A stretch of 32,000 bases of DNA from an uncultured archaeon. GTDB taxonomy: Archaea > Iainarchaeota > Iainarchaeia > Iainarchaeales > CSSED10-239. Positions 8,909-18,766 of the stretch are shown here, piece by piece (the first letter of the stretch is position 1; every line of letters begins with the position of its first letter). The notes under the pieces are model-generated. The model worked only from the letters and a program-made list of their open reading frames with translations, was not told the origin of the DNA and searched no databases. Made by a program: the position numbers and the translations under genes. The stretch spans positions 59,220 to 91,219 of the forward strand of contig CAZPGO010000011.1 of the NCBI GenBank assembly GCA_964586355.1. The letters run 5' to 3'.

Positions 8909-9712
8909 ATGAATAAACAAAAAACTCTTCTAGTATTGCTGATGGTTTTATTTTTCATAAATGGAATATCTGCAACAGAAATAAATGATTTTGATATAGT
9001 TATAGATGTTCGCTCTCCAAACTCAGCAACAATAACTGAAAAATGGAAAGTATCTGTAGAAAATGAAAATGATCTGATTTCTTTTAAAGAAAGCATACTT
9101 GCAGCAAATGTTGATTTAATTAAGTTAGAAGCAATAAACAAAAATCTTAAACCACATATATACATCAACAAATTTTCAAAGCTCTCAGTAGAATTTGATG
9201 AAATTGATTTGGTTGTAAAACTTGAGTATTCAACAGAAGACGTTATTCTAATAAAATACCTAGATTACGAGGATCAAATAATTTGGGAGTTTAATGAAAA
9301 TCTTTTAAGTAATTTTGTTGAAAGTGGTTTATATCACATTCCAAAAAACTCTAGAATAAAAGTATTTATTAACCACCCTTTAATAATCGGGGATGTTTTA
9401 CCAAAAGGCACACTAGAAAATAATTCCATAAATTGGACTGGTATTTCTACAAATGAAATCAGACTTTTGGCTATCGAAAAGAAAATACCTCTAGCAACTT
9501 TTAATGTTTCTGATTTTTTTAATAAAGTTTATCTTAAAGGTGTATTTTATTATACCATGATAGCAATAATTTTTATAATACTTGTTTTATTATTATTTAA
9601 AAAAAAAGTAAGTAAGGGAATAAAATCTTTTGTTAGAAAACATTCCATAATAAAACAAAAAAAACAAATTAATGATGTTATAGATATAGATCTAGTTAAC
9701 AAAAAAGAGTGA
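8909..9712 (+). CDS. Hypothetical secreted/membrane protein (N-terminal signal peptide, one TM near the C-terminus)
   Basis: 267 aa. MNKQKTLLVLLMVLFFINGISA signal-like start. TM YYTMIAIIFIILVLLLF followed by a basic tail. Confidence 0.7.
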   Translation: MNKQKTLLVLLMVLFFINGISATEINDFDIVIDVRSPNSATITEKWKVSVENENDLISFKESILAANVDLIKLEAINKNLKPHIYINKFSKLSVEFDEIDLVVKLEYSTEDVILIKYLDYEDQIIWEFNENLLSNFVESGLYHIPKNSRIKVFINHPLIIGDVLPKGTLENNSINWTGISTNEIRLLAIEKKIPLATFNVSDFFNKVYLKGVFYYTMIAIIFIILVLLLFKKKVSKGIKSFVRKHSIIKQKKQINDVIDIDLVNKKE

Positions 9713-9726
9713 ATTTTTGAAAAAAT

Positions 9727-11217
9727 ATGCAATTAAATAAAATAGAAGCAAAAGTATATGAAGCAATTAAGGAAAAAAAAAAGATTAATCTTGAAGATCT
9801 ATTACTGTTTTTAAAAGAGATAAATGAAGATACTATTAGAAGATCTTTAGAAATTCTAAAAAGAGAAGGACTAATAGACGAAAACACAATAATTTCAAAA
9901 AAATATAGTTTAGATAAAAATGGACTTGTTGCTCTAGAAAATGGATTTATTGAAGAAAATTTTTGTAACTATATTAAAGATAAAAAAATAAAAATAAGTG
10001 ATCTTTCTACATTAGAAATACCAAAACTAAAAAAAGAAGAGATCTCTTTAGCATTTGGTCTAGCAAAGAAAAAAAATTATGTTACTATTGTTGATGGATT
10101 TATTTTTGTTAGTGAGGGTTTCTCTGCAGAGGTTGAAAAAGAGAAGCAGATCTTAGAATCCATAAAATCAAATAAAAGTGTTTCAAAGCAAGAGGTAGAC
10201 TCTCTTCTAAAAAGAAAAGATTTTATTAAAGAAGAAGATGTTTCTTATAAATCCTATAAATTGTTACAAATAGTTTACTATGAAACAATTTCAGATAAGG
10301 AGCTATATCTAACCAGTGAACATCTAAAAACAGGAGATTATAAAAAAATAGATTATAAAGAATTTGATGTAAGTGTATTGCCAAGACCAAAAGATATTGG
10401 CAGAATACATCCTTTAAAAATAATAATAAATCAATTAAGAGATCTATATTTAGAAATGGGATTTAAGGAAATGAAAGGTCCATATGTAGAAACCAGTTTT
10501 TGGAATATGGATGCTATGTTTATTTCTCAGGACCATCCTGCAAGAGACTCACAAGATACTTTCTTTTTAAAAGAGAGTGGTTCTTTACCATTAGATGAGC
10601 TCTTAATAGAAAATGTCTCTACCATTCACAAAAATGGAGGCTCAACAGGCTCTTTTGGTTATCAGTATGATTGGTCAGAAGCACAAGCCAGATCTTTAGT
10701 TTTAAGAACACATACAACTGCTGTTACTTTTAGAACATTATATGATCTATCCACTGAAGAAAAACAATTCTCAAAATATTTTTCTATAGGAAAAGTTTTT
10801 AGAAACGAAACAATAGATTCCACACATTTACCAGAATTCCATCAAGCAGAAGGTTTTGTAATTGGTCCCAATCTAGGTCTTGCTGATCTATTAGGTTTTA
10901 TTAAAGAGTTTTTTAGTAAACTTGGAATTAATGAAATAAGATTTAAACCAACTTATAACCCTTACACAGAACCAAGTGTTGAAGCCTATTGTTATCTGGA
11001 AAAAGAAAACAGATGGGTAGAAATAATTAATGCAGGAATATTTAGACCAGAAGCAACAACACCTTTTGGAATAAGTAACAATGTTATTGCTTGGGGCCTT
11101 GGTGTTGAAAGATTAGCAATGTTACTCTACAAATGCAATTCTTTAAAAGAAATACATGGTGATGAACCTAATTTGGATTGGTTGAGAACATATATTTTAC
11201 CAAAAAGACATTTATAG
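9727..11217 (+). CDS. pheS: Phenylalanine--tRNA ligase alpha subunit
   Basis: 496 aa. Class II core motifs (HPLKIIINQLRDLYLEMGF, FWNMDAMFISQDHPARD, LRTHTTAV, FRNE..D.THLPEFHQ.EG, GLGVERLAML). Confidence 0.92.
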   Translation: MQLNKIEAKVYEAIKEKKKINLEDLLLFLKEINEDTIRRSLEILKREGLIDENTIISKKYSLDKNGLVALENGFIEENFCNYIKDKKIKISDLSTLEIPKLKKEEISLAFGLAKKKNYVTIVDGFIFVSEGFSAEVEKEKQILESIKSNKSVSKQEVDSLLKRKDFIKEEDVSYKSYKLLQIVYYETISDKELYLTSEHLKTGDYKKIDYKEFDVSVLPRPKDIGRIHPLKIIINQLRDLYLEMGFKEMKGPYVETSFWNMDAMFISQDHPARDSQDTFFLKESGSLPLDELLIENVSTIHKNGGSTGSFGYQYDWSEAQARSLVLRTHTTAVTFRTLYDLSTEEKQFSKYFSIGKVFRNETIDSTHLPEFHQAEGFVIGPNLGLADLLGFIKEFFSKLGINEIRFKPTYNPYTEPSVEAYCYLEKENRWVEIINAGIFRPEATTPFGISNNVIAWGLGVERLAMLLYKCNSLKEIHGDEPNLDWLRTYILPKRHL

Positions 11218-11238
11218 TTATTAAAATTTTGATTAATT

Positions 11239-12906
11239 ATGGCAATATTAGATACCTCTTTACAAAAGATAAATAAAAACATAAATAAAGAATTAGATAT
11301 TAATTCATTAGAGCAGATCTTATTTGATTTCGGTTTAGAAATAGAAGCCTATAATTCTGAGAGTGATGAACTAAAAATAGATGTTACTGCCGAAAGATCA
11401 GATCTTTTGTCAGAAGTTGGTTTTTTAAGAGCTCTAAAAACTTTTTTAGAAATAGAACCTGTAAAAAATTATAAAGCAAAACCTTCTGAGTATGTTTTAA
11501 ATATAAAAAACTCAGCAAAAAAAGTAAGACCTTATAGTGTTTGTGCAGTTGTTAAAAATTTGAATCTTGATGAAGAAAAGTTAAAACAAATAATTTGGGC
11601 TCAAGAAAAATTACATCAAACCATTGGTAGAAAAAGGTCTGTTGCTGCTATTGGAATATACCCACTAGATAAAATAAATTTTCCAATAAATTTTCTTTCA
11701 AAAAAACCAAAAGAGATTTCCTTTGTTCCATTAGGTGAATTAGAAGAATTTAATGGTTTAGACATTTTGGAAAAAAATGAAACTGGTATGACCTATGCAC
11801 ATCTTTTAGAAAACCAAGAGAATTATCCAATTTTTGAAGATTCTAGTAATAAGATCTTATCTATGCCACCAATAATAAACTCAGAAGATGTTGGTAAAAT
11901 AACAGTTGAGACAAAAGAAGTTTTTATTGAATGTTCTGGATTTAATCTAGCAAGACTAAATCAAATATTAAATATAATCACTTGTATGTTTGCAGATCTT
12001 GGTGGAGAAATATATCAGATGAATATTAACTTAGATTCAGATTACTTAGAAAAAAAAATAATAACCCCTTCTTTAGAATTTAAAAAAATGCTTATAAATA
12101 TTGAGGATCTAAACTCAATTCTCTCCACAACTTTAACAGTAGATGAGATAGAAACACATTTAAAAAAAATGCAATATCAAGTAAAAAAAATAACTAAGGA
12201 AAAAATTGAAGTAGCAATTCCCCCATTTAGAATAGATGTTATGCATGTTGTTGATGTTGCTGATGATCTTGCAAGAAGTTATGGGTTTAATAATATTGTA
12301 TTTAAGCAACCAAATATATCCACAATAGGGGAATTAACAAAAGAAACCAAAACACAGGATGATATTATTTCAATTATGACTAGCTTAGGCTATACACAAG
12401 TAAGCCCATATTCCATATGCTCTAAAAAAGAGCAGTTTGAGGTCTTTTTATTATCAGAAAAGGATTCTGTTTTAGATATTGATTATTCTAAAGAAAGAAA
12501 TATGGATTCACTAGTAACCTGGTTATATCCAAAACTACTAAAAATACTAACAAACAATCAACATAGAAGTTATCCTCAGAAAATATTTTGTTGTGATTAT
12601 GTGGTGTTAAAAGATTCTAATAAAGAAAACAGATCCATAAACAAACTAAAACTATCGACAATGATAGCTTCTTCTAAAGTTTCATTTACAGAGTCGGCCT
12701 CAGATCTATTAACTTTTTCAAATACTTTTGGAAAAAAACTAGAGCTTGTAAAAAAAGATTATGCTTTTTATTTAAAAAACAGATCAGCAGAGATCTTTTT
12801 AGATGGAAAGGCTATTGGGCATGTTGGAGAAATAAATCCAGAAGTTTTAGTAAAAAACCAGTATTTTGTTCCAGTAGTTGGCTTTGAAATAAATATTCTA
12901 TTTTAG
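11239..12906 (+). CDS. pheT: Phenylalanine--tRNA ligase beta subunit (archaeal type)
   Basis: 555 aa, directly downstream of pheS. B3/4-like region (RPYSVCAVVKNL..) and archaeal beta-subunit length. Confidence 0.85.
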   Translation: MAILDTSLQKINKNINKELDINSLEQILFDFGLEIEAYNSESDELKIDVTAERSDLLSEVGFLRALKTFLEIEPVKNYKAKPSEYVLNIKNSAKKVRPYSVCAVVKNLNLDEEKLKQIIWAQEKLHQTIGRKRSVAAIGIYPLDKINFPINFLSKKPKEISFVPLGELEEFNGLDILEKNETGMTYAHLLENQENYPIFEDSSNKILSMPPIINSEDVGKITVETKEVFIECSGFNLARLNQILNIITCMFADLGGEIYQMNINLDSDYLEKKIITPSLEFKKMLINIEDLNSILSTTLTVDEIETHLKKMQYQVKKITKEKIEVAIPPFRIDVMHVVDVADDLARSYGFNNIVFKQPNISTIGELTKETKTQDDIISIMTSLGYTQVSPYSICSKKEQFEVFLLSEKDSVLDIDYSKERNMDSLVTWLYPKLLKILTNNQHRSYPQKIFCCDYVVLKDSNKENRSINKLKLSTMIASSKVSFTESASDLLTFSNTFGKKLELVKKDYAFYLKNRSAEIFLDGKAIGHVGEINPEVLVKNQYFVPVVGFEINILF

Positions 12907-12929
12907 AAAATAAAAAGAGAGTAAAACAA

Positions 12930-14441
12930 ATGTTATCAAAATTAATACTTGCACCAAAAAAATTCTATATAACTACACCAATATACTATATTAGTGATAA
13001 GATGCATTTGGGTCATTCATACACGACCATAGCAGCAGATATTTTTGCAAGATATTATAGAATGATAGGGTCTGATGTTTTTTATCTTACTGGAACCGAT
13101 GAACATGGATTGAAGATTCAACAAGCAGCAGAAACTAAAGGAATTACTCCTAAGCAATTGGTTGATGATTTAGCAAAAGATACAAAAGCGCTTTGGAAGT
13201 TGTTAGATATTTCTTATGATGCTTTTATAAGAACCACAGATAAAAAACACGAACAACTAATACAAGAAATTGTTCAAAAAATGTTTGATAAGGGAGACAT
13301 CTACCTTGGAGAATATGAAGGGTGGTATTGTAAAGGCTGTGAAAGTTATTTTACAGAAAAAGAAATAGAGAATGGTAAATGCCCAATAGGTCATGAAGTT
13401 TTTAAAGAAAAAGAGAAGGCTTATTTTTTTAGATTAAGCAAGTATGAAGAATGGTTATTACAATACATAGAAGAAAATCCAACATTTTTACAACCACAAT
13501 CAAGAAAAAATGAAATGCTTTCTTTTATTAAAAGTGGTTTAGAAGACCTCTGTATCTCTAGAGAAGCAGTTTCTTGGGGTGTAAAGTTACCTTTTGATGA
13601 TAAATATACTGTTTATGTTTGGGTAGATGCTTTGTTTAATTATTTATCAGGACTAGACTATATTATCACAAAAGAAAAATATTCTAGATATTGGCCTCCA
13701 GATCTACAATTAATGGGCAAAGAGATTTTTAGATTTCATACTATCTATTGGCCAATTTTTTTAAAATCAGTAGATTTAGAATTGCCAAAAATAGAGTTTG
13801 CTCATGGTTGGTGGACTGTTGAAGGACAAAAGATGTCAAAGTCTTTTGGTAATGTTGTTTATCCTGATGAGTTTATAGAAAAATATAATTTGGATATTTA
13901 TAGATATTATTTATTTAGAGAAGTATCTTTTGGAGAAGATGGGTCTTTTTCAATAAAGACAGTAAAAGAAAGAATCAATCATGAACTAGTAGCAACACTT
14001 GGAAACCTTTTTTCCAGAGTTTTAGCATTAGCTCAAAAAAGAGAGAAAACTTTTTCTTTTTTTGAAGATGATCTCTCAAGAAAAGTTAATGATAAAATAA
14101 TTGAGATCCATAAAGCATATGAAGAAATAAATCTTTCAAAAGTAATTAATGAAATATTTGAAATCTGTTTTCTTGCAAATAAATATGTTCAAGAAAATAA
14201 ACCTTGGGAGTTAATTGAAAGTGATTCAGAAAAGTTTGATCAAATTATTTATGTGCTTTTAGAAACTTTAAGAATAATTGCAGTAGAGCTTTCTCCAATA
14301 ATGACTAGAAAATATAAAATTATGTTTGAGCAACTGAATCTAGATCCAGAAGACAAAAACAATTATCTTTTAGAATTTAGTAATATTATGGAAAGTAAAA
14401 ATGTGAAAAAAAAAGATCACATTTTCACAAAAATAGAATGA
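12930..14441 (+). CDS. metG: Methionine--tRNA ligase, short form without the C-terminal tRNA-binding domain
   Basis: 503 aa. HLGH (HIGH motif), zinc knuckle CKGCES..CPIGH, KMSKS. The protein ends just after the anticodon-binding helical domain. Confidence 0.9.
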   Translation: MLSKLILAPKKFYITTPIYYISDKMHLGHSYTTIAADIFARYYRMIGSDVFYLTGTDEHGLKIQQAAETKGITPKQLVDDLAKDTKALWKLLDISYDAFIRTTDKKHEQLIQEIVQKMFDKGDIYLGEYEGWYCKGCESYFTEKEIENGKCPIGHEVFKEKEKAYFFRLSKYEEWLLQYIEENPTFLQPQSRKNEMLSFIKSGLEDLCISREAVSWGVKLPFDDKYTVYVWVDALFNYLSGLDYIITKEKYSRYWPPDLQLMGKEIFRFHTIYWPIFLKSVDLELPKIEFAHGWWTVEGQKMSKSFGNVVYPDEFIEKYNLDIYRYYLFREVSFGEDGSFSIKTVKERINHELVATLGNLFSRVLALAQKREKTFSFFEDDLSRKVNDKIIEIHKAYEEINLSKVINEIFEICFLANKYVQENKPWELIESDSEKFDQIIYVLLETLRIIAVELSPIMTRKYKIMFEQLNLDPEDKNNYLLEFSNIMESKNVKKKDHIFTKIE

Positions 14442-14445
14442 TCTT

Positions 14446-14841
14446 TTATCTTTTTCTAGAAATTTTTATTAAAGACCCAGCTTTCATATACTCAATTTCC
14501 CCCCCAGCACCAAGATCTGTAAAATCTCCTTTATCTACTTCATAGGTCTTATAATCATTAATATCCATAATTTGGAATTTAGAACCTAAATCAGCAATAA
14601 TCTGTGCATTTCCTTTATCAATAATAGGAACCTCAACATCTTCAGTACTAGGTTTCAATAAGTTCATTTTTTGTCCACTAAACACAGCAGTAGCAGTCAT
14701 TCTTATTTTTGCTGCTCCGTGTTTTCCTGGTTTTGATTTTGCTATTGTGTCTATTCTACAAATAACATCATCAATAACAATAAATTGTTTTTCCTTAAGC
14801 TGACCAACTTGTGCAAATTTTATTTCAAAATCTCTTGCCAT
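14446..14841 (-). CDS. eif5a: Translation initiation factor 5A (aIF5A)
   Basis: 131 aa with the hypusine-site loop SKPGKHGAAKIR. GGTGA SD 7 nt upstream. Confidence 0.92.
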   Translation of the reverse strand: MARDFEIKFAQVGQLKEKQFIVIDDVICRIDTIAKSKPGKHGAAKIRMTATAVFSGQKMNLLKPSTEDVEVPIIDKGNAQIIADLGSKFQIMDINDYKTYEVDKGDFTDLGAGGEIEYMKAGSLIKISRKR

Positions 14842-15062
14842 TTCTTTTCACCATTTTTATAGTAGTTGCTAGTTTTATATTTGTTTTTAAAATTAAATAG
14901 TAAACTATATTAAATAAATAAATAATGTATGTTTTTAAATATGTTTTGTTTAACAAATACATATAATATTTTAACAATTATACTAGGGGATTTGGGAAGT
15001 ACCAGATCAAAATAACAAAATTGGTTATATAAGACCAATAAAATATATAAAATATAGGAGTA

Positions 15063-15536
15063 ATGATACTTATGTTAAAAGCATTAAGGGTTTTTTTTAA
15101 AGATGAATGTCAACCAAAAGAATCAAGAAGAAACAATATTGCAGTTTTTGTTGATGGACCAAATATTTTAAGAAAAGAATTTAATATTGATCTTTCAAAA
15201 ATAAAATCACAATTATTAAAAGAAGGTTCATTAAAGGTTGCAAGAGTGTATTTAGATCAGTATGCAACAGATAAATTAATAGAAGCAGTTGTAAACTTAG
15301 GATTTGAAACAATAGTGACTGTTGGAGATGTTGATGTGGCTATGGCTGTTGATGGAACAGAGGCAGCATTTAATAAAGAAATAGACACAATTGTTTTTAT
15401 TACCAGAGACTCAGATTATTTACCAGCAATTTTAAAAGCAAAAAAGCAAGGCAAAAAAACAGTTGTTTATCTTGTAGATGAAGGTTCTGCAATTGCTTTA
15501 AAAAACACAGTTGATCGTGTTGTTTTTATTAAATAA
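15063..15536 (+). CDS. NYN-domain (LabA/TIGR00288-like) protein, predicted RNase fold
   Basis: 157 aa. IAVFVDGPNI..., ...VDVAMAVD..., IVFITRDSDYLPAI pattern. The start could instead be ATG 15072. Confidence 0.65.
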   Translation: MILMLKALRVFFKDECQPKESRRNNIAVFVDGPNILRKEFNIDLSKIKSQLLKEGSLKVARVYLDQYATDKLIEAVVNLGFETIVTVGDVDVAMAVDGTEAAFNKEIDTIVFITRDSDYLPAILKAKKQGKKTVVYLVDEGSAIALKNTVDRVVFIK

Positions 15537-15552
15537 AAAGGATTTTTTAAAT

Positions 15553-16047
15553 ATGAATTTACCAGTAACAAATCCAATTGTAAAAAATGTTTTTCTAAAA
15601 CAAATAATTCCTGAAAAATTATTTTTAGATTTACAAGAAAAAAAATTTATTGGTTATTTATATTTAGTAGTTGATGGAAAATATGGTTTTGAAGAATCAA
15701 TAATCATTCTATCAAAAGGAGCAGTAACGGGGGCTATCTTTTTAATAGAGCCTTATGAAATTGAAATTTATGGAAAAGACGCAATCACTTATTGCATTAA
15801 TTCATATGGTCATAAGTTAGGTCTGTTTGATTTATTTGAATTAACTGATGATCAAATAAAATTAATATTATTGTTTAATGATCAAATAAAATTTAATTAT
15901 CCAATCAATAACAAAAAAGGAAATTATTTTGAAAAAATAAAATATGATCAAAACAAAATAGATCTCTTAGTAAAAGACAAAATAAAAATAGATAAAACTA
16001 AAAAAGAAATTTTAGATGAAAGAGGTCTAGAAGAATTACTTAAATAA
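15553..16047 (+). CDS. Hypothetical protein with weak PATAN/DUF4388-like (archaeal DUF2226-like) character
   Basis: 164 aa from the first ATG. FIGYLYLVVDGKYGFEESIIILSKGAVTGAIF...YGKDAITYCIN..GLFDLFELTDDQI resembles the fsG.L.l.....G.i.f..G.iv.A....G.eA pattern. This family call is from memory only. The TTG 15511 start in the track would overlap the NYN gene. Confidence 0.6.
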   Translation: MNLPVTNPIVKNVFLKQIIPEKLFLDLQEKKFIGYLYLVVDGKYGFEESIIILSKGAVTGAIFLIEPYEIEIYGKDAITYCINSYGHKLGLFDLFELTDDQIKLILLFNDQIKFNYPINNKKGNYFEKIKYDQNKIDLLVKDKIKIDKTKKEILDERGLEELLK

Positions 16048-16062
16048 AAAATGGTGTAAAAA

Positions 16063-16503
16063 ATGTTTTCAGCAATCTCAAAATTAGCAACAAAAATTTC
16101 AGCAAAAGTTTTAAATTTAGAAGACTATAATTCAGAAAATTGTTTATCAGCTCTTTTAGAGTATAAACCAATATTTATACATTCTGTGGATTTAACTGAT
16201 TTTTTAATGAAGCTTAGAGTTAAGCATTTAATAAATGATATAATAATAACAGAAATGGATGGCACAATAATAGCAAGCACAAGTAGAGATCTAAAAGATG
16301 GTTTTAAAAGTGCAGCGATGTATAATTATATTAATTCAGAACTAGAAAGATTATCAATAATCTTAATAGAATCAAATGGATGGCAAATAATCTTTAAAGA
16401 TAAAAACAAAATATATTTTATTAAAGCAAATGATTCTTTATCAAGAATAGAAGTAACCACAATAATTGAAGAAATAGAAAATTTTCTGAAATGTGTGGGT
16501 TAA
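16063..16503 (+). CDS. Roadblock/LC7 (MglB-like) domain protein, tentative
   Basis: 146 aa. IIITEMDGTIIASTSRDLKDGFKSAAMYNYI...LIESNGWQIIFKDKNKIYFIKAN fits the Roadblock pattern (lid..G..ias...). GGTG SD upstream. Confidence 0.55.
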   Translation: MFSAISKLATKISAKVLNLEDYNSENCLSALLEYKPIFIHSVDLTDFLMKLRVKHLINDIIITEMDGTIIASTSRDLKDGFKSAAMYNYINSELERLSIILIESNGWQIIFKDKNKIYFIKANDSLSRIEVTTIIEEIENFLKCVG

Positions 16504-16526
16504 ATATAATTAAAATGTGAATAAAT

Positions 16527-17339
16527 ATGGGTGAAGTAATAGCAATAGTTTCAGGAAAAGGTGGAGTTGGTAAAACAACACTTACTGGAAATTTAGGAAT
16601 AGGGTTAGCAGAAATGGGTTTTTCTGTAATACTAATTGATGCAGATCTAGCCATGGCGAATTTAAGTTTACTAATGGGACTAAAAAATCCACCAATAACA
16701 ATACATGATGTGTTGTTAGGATCTTCTGCAGTTGAGGATGCAACTTATGATGGTCCAAAAGGAGTTAAGGTAATTCCAGCAGGTCTCTCTTTATCAGTGT
16801 ACACTAGAGTAGATTCTGAAAGGTTAGTTAATGTTGCAAAAAACCTTAAAAATCAGTATAATTTTGTTTTAATTGATTCTCCTGCCGGTATAGAGAAAAA
16901 TGTTTTAGCAGCAATGTCTGCCTCTTCTCAAATACTTTTAATTACTGAACCAACAGCACCATCAGTTGCTGATGCTTTTAAAGCAAAAATAGTTGCTCAA
17001 AGATTAAATCAAAGAGTGATGGGTGTAATTGTAAATAAAGTAAGTAATGCTAAAGGAGAGATATCAGAAAAAGAAATAATGAAGATGTTAGAATTACCTT
17101 GTTTTGGTAAGGTTCCATATTCTGAGGACATCCGAGAATCTTTTTTACTAAAAAAAATAAAACCAACATTAATACATAATCCAAATTCAGCATCTGCAAA
17201 TGCATTTAGATTTATTGCTAGAAAAGTTTCTGGTAAAGAAGTAGAAATTGAACTTGAAGATGAGAAAAATAAAAAATCTTTTTTTGCTGGATTGGCTATG
17301 GCATTAAAAAATATATTTTCAAAAAAGAAAAAGGAGTAA
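16527..17339 (+). CDS. minD: MinD/ParA-family ATPase (archaeal MinD-like)
   Basis: 270 aa. Deviant Walker A SGKGGVGKTT, switch regions LIDADLAMANL and VLIDSPAG. Confidence 0.88.
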   Translation: MGEVIAIVSGKGGVGKTTLTGNLGIGLAEMGFSVILIDADLAMANLSLLMGLKNPPITIHDVLLGSSAVEDATYDGPKGVKVIPAGLSLSVYTRVDSERLVNVAKNLKNQYNFVLIDSPAGIEKNVLAAMSASSQILLITEPTAPSVADAFKAKIVAQRLNQRVMGVIVNKVSNAKGEISEKEIMKMLELPCFGKVPYSEDIRESFLLKKIKPTLIHNPNSASANAFRFIARKVSGKEVEIELEDEKNKKSFFAGLAMALKNIFSKKKKE

Positions 17340-17352
17340 ATTATAAAAGAAA

Positions 17353-17598
17353 ATGGTGAAAAATATGACAACTGAAATGAAAATAACAAGACCTTTTGAT
17401 ATGTTAAATAGTTCTTTAAACAAACAAGTTTTAATTTATTTAAAAGGCAATGTTTCTATAAGAGGAAAACTAAAAGCTTTTGATGTTCATTTAAATATTG
17501 TGTTAGAAGATGCTGAAGAGCTAGAAAATGGAAAACCAAAAACAAAGTTTGTAGATGTCTTTTTAAGAGGAGACAATATAATTTTTGTAACAGTTTAG
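17353..17598 (+). CDS. Sm-like archaeal protein (LSm/SmAP)
   Basis: 81 aa. Sm1/Sm2 motifs (VLIYLKGNVSIRGKLKAFDVHLNIVLEDAEE ... VFLRGDNIIFV). ATG 17365, preceded by GGTGA, is an alternative start. Confidence 0.88.
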   Translation: MVKNMTTEMKITRPFDMLNSSLNKQVLIYLKGNVSIRGKLKAFDVHLNIVLEDAEELENGKPKTKFVDVFLRGDNIIFVTV

Positions 17599-17609
17599 AT
17601 TAAGATAAC

Positions 17610-18533
17610 ATGCTTCCAATATTAGATTTATATTATGGGGATCACTTAATTAATGCTGCATCTAAGGCACAAACAAGTTTTTTTAGTGGTCTGTTTAGTA
17701 GTGGATATATCTATATTATTGGAATTTTCTTATTCTTTTATATTTTTTTTATAATAACTTTTTTTATACGCCCTTTAATGAAAAAGAACCCTTTAAAATA
17801 TTATAAAAGGTATCTTGAAATTAGAGAAGAAATGGAAAAAATTGATGAGTTGTATAATAAAAAAAAAATAACTTTTCCGGACTATTCTTATGCACAGTTT
17901 AATTATGCTAAAGAGTACGAAATGATTATTGTTTTTTTATCTAAATTCCCAGAATATAAACAAAGATTAGAAAGTTATCAACTTAAAGGTTCACAAGTAA
18001 AAGTAAAACAAGAAAGTTTTGAAGAAAAGAAAGATCAAGTAAGACTTAACCAAATTAATTTTCTTACAGATCTTTTATTACCTAAAGCAAAATACTACAC
18101 AGAAGAAGAGATAGAACAAGCCATCTTAGACGAAGGTTTTAATAAAGAGATTTCTTATTTTGTAGTAAATAAGCTTAAAAGACAGGGTATAGAATTTGGT
18201 TCTGAGAAATTAGACAAAACAAATAAAGTTGTTGATTTGGTAAATAAGATTTTTCCTACTAAAGAAACAGAAGAAGGCGATTTACTTGGTCAAACAAATG
18301 AATCTATAGATCTTAAAAAAACAGTTTATTCTAAACCAGCAAATAATTCCAATTATGTAAATCAGATAGATTTTTCTGATTCTGATAATTTTAATAAAGA
18401 TCAAGAGAAAAATAAAGAAAGCATATTTGAAAACTTAAAAAATTTATTAAAACCAGCACCAAAAAAGAAAGAACACTCAATATCTGAAATTAATGATATT
18501 TTTAAAGATATTGAAAAATCTTTAAATAAGTAA
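17610..18533 (+). CDS. Hypothetical membrane-anchored protein (one N-terminal TM, charged and low-complexity C-terminal part)
   Basis: 307 aa. TM YIYIIGIFLFFYIFFIITFFI. 11-nt gap after the Sm gene. Confidence 0.65.
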   Translation: MLPILDLYYGDHLINAASKAQTSFFSGLFSSGYIYIIGIFLFFYIFFIITFFIRPLMKKNPLKYYKRYLEIREEMEKIDELYNKKKITFPDYSYAQFNYAKEYEMIIVFLSKFPEYKQRLESYQLKGSQVKVKQESFEEKKDQVRLNQINFLTDLLLPKAKYYTEEEIEQAILDEGFNKEISYFVVNKLKRQGIEFGSEKLDKTNKVVDLVNKIFPTKETEEGDLLGQTNESIDLKKTVYSKPANNSNYVNQIDFSDSDNFNKDQEKNKESIFENLKNLLKPAPKKKEHSISEINDIFKDIEKSLNK

Positions 18534-18689
18534 TTATTTAGACATTATTAATAATATTATTCCAATAATTATTAAAATCAACCCAACATAAGAATTTAGT
18601 GCTGCTAAAGGAAATGGAAAAGCTGGTATATATGTTCCAATACCAATACCTAAAATAATACCGCTAGCAATAGTTAATCCTTGACCCAT
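18534..18689 (-). CDS. 51-aa two-TM membrane peptide (absent from the ORF track)
   Basis: Minus-strand ORF MGQGLTIASGIILGIGIGTYIPAFPFPLAALNSYVGLILIIIGIILLIMSK. GGTGA lies 4 nt upstream of the ATG (aaggtgatttaATG). Gly/Ile-rich helices are not what T-run noise produces. Confidence 0.55.
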   Translation of the reverse strand: MGQGLTIASGIILGIGIGTYIPAFPFPLAALNSYVGLILIIIGIILLIMSK

Positions 18690-18766
18690 TAAATCACCTT
18701 TTAATTATTTTGTTTTAAAATATATCTAAATATACTTTAGAATACATTTTAAAAAGGTTGTTTTGT

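Noticed and set aside
15511-15552. The TTG 15511 start given in the track for the 178-aa ORF, overlapping the NYN gene by 26 nt.
   Set aside because: The extension (MIVLFLLNKKDFLN) is the out-of-frame tail of the NYN gene. ATG 15553 gives a normal 16-nt intergenic gap.
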